From contig JAPOFX010000001.1 of NCBI GenBank assembly GCA_028283505.1, positions 8,197 to 72,196 on the forward strand: a stretch of 64,000 nucleotides of DNA. The letters run 5' to 3'. The notes beneath the pieces were generated by a model that ran no database searches, had not been told where the DNA came from, and saw only the letters and a list, made by a program, of their open reading frames with translations. The position numbers and the translations under genes were made by a program. Position 1 is the stretch's first letter; each line of letters opens with the position of its first letter. Source of the DNA: Candidatus Poseidoniales archaeon (GTDB taxonomy: Archaea; Thermoplasmatota; Poseidoniia; Poseidoniales; Thalassarchaeaceae). Below are positions 49,305 to 57,556 of this stretch, one piece after another.

Positions 49305-50540
49305 GATTCTTTTCTCGCCAGGAGTAGCAAACAAAATCCAAAACATTCCCGCCAGTATCTGCAATGCTCCAGTTGCGACAATAGTCTCTCGCAACGTAAG
49401 GATACCATTTTCTAGGATTAGTCCGGCAGCAACTGTGGATAGTCCCATTGTGAGCGTGATTCCCAGAGAATCAGTTCCAAAGACCCTACCTAGCCACGCA
49501 TCCTCGGATCTCTGCTGAAGCATGGTGGTAGACAACACCCAGTTGACCCCGCTCGCAGCGTGTGAGATGAATACGTAAACTAGGATGATTACTGTCCACT
49601 CTGAAGCTGCGACTGCAATGTAGAATGCTCCACTAATCACCAATACTCCTCCCAGAAGGTATGGAATCATCATCCGATTGGCCATGACCCTTCTACTCAC
49701 TACGGGTCCGAATCCAGAACCGAAACCTCTGGCCATATACAGTATCCCAATCCCAGCTGCGACATCCCCAAAACCAGCTTCCTTCCCTATCAAAATCAAC
49801 AGAAATACCTGGGCCCCTCCCCCGGATGCCCACATCGCCTTGGCCAATACCACCCTCCTGATTGATGGCATGGAGAGAATGTAGCTCCATCCAGAGACGA
49901 TTTCACCAAGCATGGCTCTCGGAGAGAATAACCTTTGGGTGGACTTTTCCGGCCCACCATGCGGCAGAGAGAGAATGATCAGAATAGCGATTAGGAAAGT
50001 CAACGAGTCTATCCAAAGAGCTGTTTCAATACCATACTTGGAGATTGTTAATCCACCGATACCAGCACCTATCCCCATGGCCGCCGACCAACCTCCAGAA
50101 GAGAGTGCATTTGCTGACAATAGCTCCTCTTTGGTACAAATATTTGGTACGTAGGCAGACTCAGCATTAGATGAAATCGCCCTCCCCACGACCATTGCCA
50201 TTCCGAGGAGGTAAACAGACTCGAGAGATTCCAGCATCCCAAGAGCTAGTGCCGAAACTAGCATTACCAACGACCAAACGTTCCCCAGAACCATCAGCCA
50301 CTTCCTCGGATAGCGATCAGCGAGCATTCCGGTCAGTGGCTCTAGAGGGGCGAAAGTGAAACTCCTTGTTGCCAGGACCCCGGCAATGGCCAACGGGGAG
50401 TTGTCTGAGGCCTCGCCTGCCAATAGGAACAACGCAATCATGGAGAACCAGTCTCCAATGTATGAAATTTCGTTGGCAGTAAACAGCCTACGGTAAGGGC
50501 CATTAGATCTCAGAAGTCCAATGTAGCTAACCTCAGCCAT
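49287..50540 (-). CDS. MFS transporter
   Basis: ISYIGDWF, GMLADRYPRK, LLSANAL and LGRVFG; about 12 TM. Track start is 50585. Confidence 0.88.
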   Translation of the reverse strand: MAEVSYIGLLRSNGPYRRLFTANEISYIGDWFSMIALFLLAGEASDNSPLAIAGVLATRSFTFAPLEPLTGMLADRYPRKWLMVLGNVWSLVMLVSALALGMLESLESVYLLGMAMVVGRAISSNAESAYVPNICTKEELLSANALSSGGWSAAMGIGAGIGGLTISKYGIETALWIDSLTFLIAILIILSLPHGGPEKSTQRLFSPRAMLGEIVSGWSYILSMPSIRRVVLAKAMWASGGGAQVFLLILIGKEAGFGDVAAGIGILYMARGFGSGFGPVVSRRVMANRMMIPYLLGGVLVISGAFYIAVAASEWTVIILVYVFISHAASGVNWVLSTTMLQQRSEDAWLGRVFGTDSLGITLTMGLSTVAAGLILENGILTLRETIVATGALQILAGMFWILFATPGEKRILNELV

Positions 50541-50596
50541 GACAATGGCTGAGCGACCAGCCCTATGATTCTGGCCCCCCAACACTCAAGACTCCC

Positions 50597-51154
50597 ATGC
50601 CGTCGTCGATACTCATGGAGGAGAGGCTGGTGTGGCTAGATCTGGAGATGACCGGCCTGGATCCAATCGAGAATAAGATAATCGAAATTGCTACGATAGT
50701 CACTGAGGGCGATTTAACCATTGTGTCGGAGGGCCCCTCCCTAGCAATCTCACAGCCAGAGTCTGAATTAGAGAAGATGGATGAATGGAATCTGACTCAT
50801 CACACCAGGAATGGCCTGTTAAAGAGAGTGAGGTCTAACGGAGTCCCAATAGCGGAAGCTGAGAGGCTTACCCTAGAATTTCTGATGGAACACTGCCTCG
50901 CCGGAGTCCCCCCTCTATGCGGGAATACTATCGGCCAAGATAGGAGGTTTCTGAGGAGGTATATGCCGGAACTGCACGAATTCTTCCACTACAGGAGCGT
51001 AGATGTGACGTCCGTGAAGGAAATTGTGAACAGATGGTATCCAGACTCACCCAGGTTCTCAAAACCATCAGGCCACAGGGCATTGGATGATATCAGAGGC
51101 AGTATAGAGGAGCTATCCCACTTCAGAGAACACGTCTTCAAGGACTCGAACTAG
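50597..51154 (+). CDS. orn: Oligoribonuclease (DEDDh)
   Basis: LVWLDLEMTGLDP..IIEIATIVT, MDEWN..HH..GL, GNTIGQDRRFL, FHYRSVDV and HRALDDI; likely start ATG 50615. Confidence 0.93.
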   Translation: MPSSILMEERLVWLDLEMTGLDPIENKIIEIATIVTEGDLTIVSEGPSLAISQPESELEKMDEWNLTHHTRNGLLKRVRSNGVPIAEAERLTLEFLMEHCLAGVPPLCGNTIGQDRRFLRRYMPELHEFFHYRSVDVTSVKEIVNRWYPDSPRFSKPSGHRALDDIRGSIEELSHFREHVFKDSN

Positions 51155-51860
51155 GGCTGATAGGAACTCCCCTGTTGTCGGTGATTACTAGATTCACACC
51201 TAATCCTGTTCTGTGGAATGCAATAATCTCCAGACTATGAATAATATGCCCGGTGGTTGCTCTTCCGATGTGTGGAAGGCTGTCTAGATATTGGGTCTTA
51301 CCCAATATCGGATCACTCGTAGAAAGCTCCCTTCTCTTTCCTACGACATCCTCGAACCATGGCAGGGCTCCCTCGGGAGAGAATCTCACTCCCAAGATCA
51401 TATCACAACCCTCTGTCCATTGGGCTGCTTCGGCGTCGGCACCGCTTGGAACTGCCACTGCATTAGGATGCGAATGTATCCAATGAGTGAACCTCCCCCC
51501 TCTTGAGCCTCTGTCCCCAGCGAATGAATCATCAATCCATTCCTCCGGTACGTGATGGACTGAGAAAGAGTCCCCTCTATTCACTAGATGCGGTTTACCC
51601 ATTACATAACCCTGACCTGCAAACAATCCGGGTTGAAAATCCGTCCCAGTAAACTCTTCATCCACGTCAACCGGATGTGGCAACTCTAGATCCGGGTCTA
51701 TTCCTACCAGTATCTCATCGGGAAGGGATTTGAACGTCCAGTCAATTATCATGGAAAGGGTCCCCACCGGCATCAGCAGGATAGCCGCATAGTCATCGCG
51801 GAATTCTTTTGACCTTTGATTGTAGGAGACAGCAGCCTGCAACAACCAGTCATTTACCAT
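51138..51860 (-). CDS. JAMM/MPN+ metalloprotease-like protein
   Basis: LPDE followed by HSH-PNAVAVP-S-GA-D, matching E-xn-H-x-H-x7-S-x2-D. Confidence 0.72.
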   Translation of the reverse strand: MVNDWLLQAAVSYNQRSKEFRDDYAAILLMPVGTLSMIIDWTFKSLPDEILVGIDPDLELPHPVDVDEEFTGTDFQPGLFAGQGYVMGKPHLVNRGDSFSVHHVPEEWIDDSFAGDRGSRGGRFTHWIHSHPNAVAVPSGADAEAAQWTEGCDMILGVRFSPEGALPWFEDVVGKRRELSTSDPILGKTQYLDSLPHIGRATTGHIIHSLEIIAFHRTGLGVNLVITDNRGVPISPSSSP

Positions 51861-52812
51861 GGCTCTGGGAGCGGGCCACTCGACTTGAGTTCAACGGATT
51901 CATGCAGCGTATATCCACAACTATGTGATCCCAGTGCGGGGCATAGCTCTTGATACGATTTATTTGCTCCACCCTCACATCGTAATCCTTGCCATAATCA
52001 CCGATTTCTGACACTAATCTTTCCCCCCAAGAAGAATACTCTCCAGACTTGGCCAATCCATGTATGTGCACCATGCCTCCATCCTCAGATAGGACCTCCA
52101 CCGCAGCGCTGATACTAGCTTCTGATGATGGCAGGAGGCCCATTATCACCCTATTCGCTACTCCACCTATTTTCTTCGAGGAATTTCTATTGTCTCCCCG
52201 ATGTATTGTGCACCTAGACTCGACACCATTCTCCTTAAGGCTCCACTCTAGACACTCTATCGCATCGTCATTCCACTCGCAACAGTGGACATGACGAGCT
52301 TCGGAGTGGACTAGGACAGGGAGTGAGTAGTAACCTATGCCTGAAAACAGGTCAACCACGACCTCGTCACTGCCTACTATCTCACCCATCCTCCTCCTCT
52401 CGTTAACGTTGCCAGCTGAGAACATGCACTTGGTCACGTGATAACCGTAGTCGACACCGTTCTCCCTCCTGACCACCCAGTCATCCTCTCCAAGAAGCAT
52501 CTTGACTCCGCTCTTGCGAGTTCTTCCAGAAACCTCGCCCATTATGCCCAGTCTCTCGACATCCAGTCCGTCAGCAACAGATTTCCAGAGTCCTGGGCCT
52601 CTTATTCCCTCCCAATTTCTCCCCTCGAAGGCTCCAGCTGGAAGAATCGCGAAATCGGAGAATCTCTCCCATTTTTTAGGAATTCCAGATGGGGGCTTTC
52701 TCCCAAGGAATGAGGAGATTGAATCGTACAGTCGTTCATGCGGTCCGCCTCGATTCATGTGTCCCGGAGTGAACATCACGGATTCAGACTTATGGTATAT
52801 CACACTCTCCAA
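51850..52812 (-). CDS. Trm5/Met10+-superfamily SAM-dependent transferase, most like tRNA(Phe) aminocarboxypropyltransferase TYW2/Taw2
   Basis: RENGVDY..CMFSAGN..E, VDLFSGIGYYSLP, CEWN, GDNR, RVIMGLLPSS and KSYAPHWDHIVVD. Confidence 0.75.
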   Translation of the reverse strand: MESVIYHKSESVMFTPGHMNRGGPHERLYDSISSFLGRKPPSGIPKKWERFSDFAILPAGAFEGRNWEGIRGPGLWKSVADGLDVERLGIMGEVSGRTRKSGVKMLLGEDDWVVRRENGVDYGYHVTKCMFSAGNVNERRRMGEIVGSDEVVVDLFSGIGYYSLPVLVHSEARHVHCCEWNDDAIECLEWSLKENGVESRCTIHRGDNRNSSKKIGGVANRVIMGLLPSSEASISAAVEVLSEDGGMVHIHGLAKSGEYSSWGERLVSEIGDYGKDYDVRVEQINRIKSYAPHWDHIVVDIRCMNPLNSSRVARSQSHGK

Positions 52813-52817
52813 GACCT

Positions 52818-55772
52818 GTGCGTCGAAGCATCGCGCTGGTCATGATTCTACTCCTGTCACCATTAGCACACGCCGCCCCTCCCCCGGGAGATGCGGAAGT
52901 AATCAATCAAATCTGCTCTACATGGGGAAACGGAAACGGAATCTGTGATGATTATGATTCCGAACTGGACTCTACTTACAATGATGAATGGATAGAAGGG
53001 CACGTTCTGATTTCAATGGATGGGGCCTCTTCGATACAGATGAGCCTGGAACTCGCCATTCATGAAATTCCAAGACATGAGCTGGGGCTATCAGACCTGG
53101 ACCTCCAGGGAGACAGCGTTCCTTCGGATGGAATCCCTGCTGACTACATCAGAAACTATCGTGATTTCTCCAGAGGTGGTCTCTCGGTTCAGGATAGGCT
53201 AATTGACAGGATAGAAGATGTAGTCCAAGGTATAGTGGATGAGAATTTTCCAAATGCGAGCACAAGTCCCATACAACCAACGTCAGAAATCAGCTTTTTT
53301 GACCGTCAGGAATCCACATGTACTTTCAATCCAGATATCGACTCAACTGACGAGGACAATGGAATAGAAAACGATCCATTCCAACCTCCGATATGCCTCC
53401 AGTCAGTTTTGACCCTGGAGGTAAATCCCGCAAATATCGGAATGGATCCAGAGACCGGGGACATTGATAGGGTAATGCGGGGACTGATGGCAATGGGAGG
53501 AGATGTAACCACGAACTTCTCTACACTCGCTAGATCAGGCCATTACATTGAATATACGATGTATCCGCCTTCATATGCCACCATTATTGAGGTGAACGAG
53601 CCGGCTGAAATATTCCAGCCAGAGAGCGAGCAAACACGACTTGAAGGTGCAAGGATTTCACTTGATAACCTGAATGGGGGACTTGGAGGAGAATCAATTT
53701 CATCAGAGTTGGTTGCAGTACTTGGAGATGATCGTGATAATCAGAATTGGGGTATTTTCTCTGGCCCTTCTTTAAGTCTCGATCTTCAAGTAGATCTGAG
53801 GGACAGCATGAACAGCCGTGTTGACTTAGGGATTGGAATACACCACCTTAGTGCTGAAACTCTTGATCAATGGGGCCTGAATCTAGAAACCCCGACAATA
53901 AAATTAGGCTCGGTTACCTCAGACGGAATCAGGATGTTTCATTCTGAGATGGACATTGATGTTGATCAGATCCTATCATCACTTCCCATCAACTCGCTCT
54001 CCGAATCATTTTCCCGTTCCTTGGGAGTGGATGTAGCGTTCCAGACTCCATCGTTCTCTCCAACAAACCACTCTGGAGGGATCATGTTCATTCACAGGCC
54101 GGGTGAAACTTGTGAGGAGGAAGTGTCCTACAGGTACTGCCTCGGGACAACTGGTTCAATGTCCAGTACATATCCAATAACGATACAATCTACTACCGTG
54201 CCGTCAGAAATGCAGATTTCTAGCCTCCTAGCCAAATTAATTCAGTATTCAGGAGGGGATGCTTCTCAAATTGACCTTTCACAGATGAACGACGAAGATT
54301 TAGCTACGATAATGAGCTTCCTGAGAGCCGAATTTGAAGTTGATATGGACTTCATAACTGACCTACTTCCTACTGACTTTCCTTCTTCGGAAATAAGTTT
54401 AACAATCCACTTGCCAGAATGGCTGCAATCCACCGGGACAAACACGGATTCTTTGGCATTTTCCTCGATAGACGGCCCCAGCACGGCACGAGACATCGAA
54501 ATTACTGGTTCTAGGCCATTTGACTGGATGCATTCAATCTGCAGGACCTCTGACCCATGCGAGGAGGACAGTATCGACCTTGTTTGTGCTTCGACACAGA
54601 AGACCTGCGTCTCTTTCTTGGTACAGGTTGATATTTCCAGAGTATCAATCCATGAGTTGACTGGCTCAGTTTCAATAGAATTCACCTCTGATATCGTCCT
54701 AGAGATTTACAGACTAGGGGCAGATTTGGAAATCGATGGCGTCGAAATGTCGCCGATCCCGTCAGATGCCATAAGGAGGATTCTGGTTATGGGGGATCGT
54801 ACAGAGGGAGGTTTGCTAGCCGGATCTGAGATTGAAGCAACGATCGATTTCGGTGTGGGTGAGCCGATAGAATTCGAAGTGTCAAATGCGGGACTCAGAA
54901 AGCTCTCCGACCATTTGACGAACTCGTACTCAGAAATGATGAGTGATTTTGGTGTGATATATTTGGATCAGAATGACCTCGGACTGGAGGGACTCTCACT
55001 CACAGCGGACTTGTCCTCAATGCCGTTTCAAGCTGACTTTGGTCCGGTATCGATCGGCCAGGGGCCAATAATCAGTGATGAAAATCCTGTCAGATTATCC
55101 ACCAAGGTGAGTAACGCAGAACTTAGCTTCTCACTAAGACAGGATGAGATTATTGTCGGAATCAACCCCAGATCCCTTTCTTCCTTTCCATCCATGGTAA
55201 TTTCATCTTTGCTCCCAACTCCGGTAATCACCGACTCAGGATTGTTAGTGGACGGCTCAGGGATAAAACAGAAGGTGACCCCGCTGATGGAGCACACAAA
55301 CTTCGGTACAATAAAGTCATCAGCACAGATTGAGATCATCCTACCCGATTCCATAAGATTGACTTCGTTTGAAAGCAAGAGGGGACTCGCTGAGATTTCA
55401 ACCTCGGATGGTAGGCAGGTCCTGTCTTACACCATGCCGACCTGTCTTACTGCAGAAACGTGGGATGAGTGCAGTAGTAGTCGTAATTCGGACATAATCA
55501 CTTATTCGGTCGAGTTCTCATGGGAGTTCTTGATTGGTGAGCTCGCCTCATACGTGTTCTTACTGTTTGTCTTATTGTCAATGATGACAACCAGAATTAG
55601 GAGAAAAAGAAGGGAGAGAAAGGCCAATAGAATCAGAAAATCAAAGGATATCGACGATGCCAAGATAGAGAGATTAATGGAGAATGAGTTCGGTAGGCTT
55701 TCTGACAATGTTGCCCTTTTGGATGAGAATGACTTAGAGGAACTGATTGTGGCCAAGAGTGATATTGACTGA
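52818..55772 (+). CDS. Large acidic secreted protein with C-terminal membrane anchor
   Basis: Signal peptide MRRSIALVMILLLSPLAHA; C-terminal TM followed by RIRRKRRERK; paired Cys residues; 984 aa. Confidence 0.75.
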   Translation: MRRSIALVMILLLSPLAHAAPPPGDAEVINQICSTWGNGNGICDDYDSELDSTYNDEWIEGHVLISMDGASSIQMSLELAIHEIPRHELGLSDLDLQGDSVPSDGIPADYIRNYRDFSRGGLSVQDRLIDRIEDVVQGIVDENFPNASTSPIQPTSEISFFDRQESTCTFNPDIDSTDEDNGIENDPFQPPICLQSVLTLEVNPANIGMDPETGDIDRVMRGLMAMGGDVTTNFSTLARSGHYIEYTMYPPSYATIIEVNEPAEIFQPESEQTRLEGARISLDNLNGGLGGESISSELVAVLGDDRDNQNWGIFSGPSLSLDLQVDLRDSMNSRVDLGIGIHHLSAETLDQWGLNLETPTIKLGSVTSDGIRMFHSEMDIDVDQILSSLPINSLSESFSRSLGVDVAFQTPSFSPTNHSGGIMFIHRPGETCEEEVSYRYCLGTTGSMSSTYPITIQSTTVPSEMQISSLLAKLIQYSGGDASQIDLSQMNDEDLATIMSFLRAEFEVDMDFITDLLPTDFPSSEISLTIHLPEWLQSTGTNTDSLAFSSIDGPSTARDIEITGSRPFDWMHSICRTSDPCEEDSIDLVCASTQKTCVSFLVQVDISRVSIHELTGSVSIEFTSDIVLEIYRLGADLEIDGVEMSPIPSDAIRRILVMGDRTEGGLLAGSEIEATIDFGVGEPIEFEVSNAGLRKLSDHLTNSYSEMMSDFGVIYLDQNDLGLEGLSLTADLSSMPFQADFGPVSIGQGPIISDENPVRLSTKVSNAELSFSLRQDEIIVGINPRSLSSFPSMVISSLLPTPVITDSGLLVDGSGIKQKVTPLMEHTNFGTIKSSAQIEIILPDSIRLTSFESKRGLAEISTSDGRQVLSYTMPTCLTAETWDECSSSRNSDIITYSVEFSWEFLIGELASYVFLLFVLLSMMTTRIRRKRRERKANRIRKSKDIDDAKIERLMENEFGRLSDNVALLDENDLEELIVAKSDID

Positions 55773-55773
55773 C

Positions 55774-57501
55774 TCACCTGTCATAGTGCTCCCTAATTTT
55801 CTGAGCCATTAAAGTGCCTATTCCATCAACCGCTTTCAATTCATCAACACTAGCATGCTCAATACCCCTGCTCCCTCCAAAATGCCTTAGCAGAGACTGT
55901 ATTTTCTTGGCCCCCAAACCATCAATCTCTTCCAAAGGATCACTTATTGAGCTCTTGCGCCTCCTCTTACTGTGGTATTGGTTGACAAATCGGTGCGCCT
56001 CGTCTCTGGAATGTATCAAAACTCTGCCCCGCCTATCAAGAATCATTGGATCTTCGCCCTCGATAAAAAGAGTCTCTTCTCTCTTTGCTAGAGCCGCCAA
56101 CACAAATTTCCCAGATAATTTATTTTCCACAAGTGACCTACTAATCGTAGAAAGATGGGTCTCCCCCCCATCCAGAAGGAGTAGGTCGGGCCATTCTTTC
56201 TGCTTCTTAGCCCATCTTATCACAGACTCCTCCATCATCCTCAGATCATCTGCCCAATCTCCCCTGATCCTGTAAGTTCTGTACTCCCTCTTAGACGGCC
56301 TACCGTGTCTGAAAACCACCGACGCTCCTACTCTCTCCGAGCCCATGAGCTGTGCCATGTCGAAGCACACAATATGATTCATCGAATTTAGACCAAGTAA
56401 CTCAGCGCAATCATTAGCAGCTCTTTGCTCCAGACTACCGGAGCTATTCTTCTGAGCACTCACAACTAGAATCTCAGCGTTCCTATCGGCCATCATTCTG
56501 AGCTTGGAAAGGTCTCCTCTCAAAGGAACCCTTGCCTCAAATGCGCCACCTCTCCTTCCCTTCAACCACATCTGTGTAGCCTCCCCTATTTCTGTAGGAA
56601 GAAGAAGGATCTTTGGTGGTCTCCTGTGGGCGTAATGTTCTGATAGAACGAGTGAAACAGACTCGGAGACATCTCCTCGGTGAATCAATGGATACTCGGT
56701 CTTGCCTTGTACGACCCCATCCTTAGCATGCAGAATCACTACGACCCCGGTATCTCCGAGAGATGAGAATCCTATTGCATCACAATCTTGGTAGAATCTG
56801 CTATGGATTATCTGATGTGAAAGGCTACTCTGAATGGAAGCAATCATGTCTCTGAAATATGCTGCCCGCTCGTAGTTTAGACTCTCCGATGCCTCATCCA
56901 TCTCCTTCTGTAGAGAGCGGGTTAGTACAGTTGCGTTACCGTCTAGTACGCCTGTTACCGCTCTAACTATGTTCGGATATCCCTCAGGGTCGTAGCAGGG
57001 GCCCTTGCAGAGGTTGATGTGCATCGCAAGACAACCATCCTCGCCCTTGCAGCTCTTGTCTCTTATTCCGAATTGCTCCCTAAGTAATTGTATGATCCTC
57101 TTGGCAGCTCCTGCATTGGTGAATGGCCCCCAAGACCTTGCACCTTCAGGGGGGTGACGTGTGTACATTATCCTCGGGAACTCCTCCCTTGTCAGAGAAA
57201 TGTAAGGGTAAGACTTGTCATCCTTGAGTCTGGAGTTGAATTTGGGCTTGTGCTCCTTGATTAGATGCCTCTCCAGAGTCAAAGCCTCTGAAGGGCTTTT
57301 TGTCACAATGTAGTCTACCTCATCAGCCTGCTCAATCAGTCTTGGTACCATGACGCGACCGTCACTCCCAGAGAAGTAAGATGCCACCCTACTCCTGATC
57401 TCAGTAGCCTTACCTACATACATTACCCGACCATCATTGTTCCTGAATAGGTACACTCCAGGCTTGCGCGGGAGGTCCAAAGAGCCCTTCTCAACTGCCA
57501 T
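55774..57501 (-). CDS. uvrC: Excinuclease ABC subunit C
   Basis: GIY-YIG motif PGVYLF..YVGKA, IKEHKPKFN..KDDKSYPY, UVR domain, CFD, PDLLLLDGG, RDEAHRF and HhH motifs. Track start is 57525. Confidence 0.95.
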   Translation of the reverse strand: MAVEKGSLDLPRKPGVYLFRNNDGRVMYVGKATEIRSRVASYFSGSDGRVMVPRLIEQADEVDYIVTKSPSEALTLERHLIKEHKPKFNSRLKDDKSYPYISLTREEFPRIMYTRHPPEGARSWGPFTNAGAAKRIIQLLREQFGIRDKSCKGEDGCLAMHINLCKGPCYDPEGYPNIVRAVTGVLDGNATVLTRSLQKEMDEASESLNYERAAYFRDMIASIQSSLSHQIIHSRFYQDCDAIGFSSLGDTGVVVILHAKDGVVQGKTEYPLIHRGDVSESVSLVLSEHYAHRRPPKILLLPTEIGEATQMWLKGRRGGAFEARVPLRGDLSKLRMMADRNAEILVVSAQKNSSGSLEQRAANDCAELLGLNSMNHIVCFDMAQLMGSERVGASVVFRHGRPSKREYRTYRIRGDWADDLRMMEESVIRWAKKQKEWPDLLLLDGGETHLSTISRSLVENKLSGKFVLAALAKREETLFIEGEDPMILDRRGRVLIHSRDEAHRFVNQYHSKRRRKSSISDPLEEIDGLGAKKIQSLLRHFGGSRGIEHASVDELKAVDGIGTLMAQKIREHYDR

Positions 57502-57556
57502 CTTCGCTGATGCGACGTAGGTCAACGCCCATGAACCCGTGCCTCACCTCAGGGCC

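Noticed and set aside
51138-51860. CBASS or other ubiquitin-like antiviral system built around the JAB domain
   Set aside because: No CD-NTase, E1/E2, ubiquitin-like or effector genes are adjacent; the neighbours are housekeeping genes.
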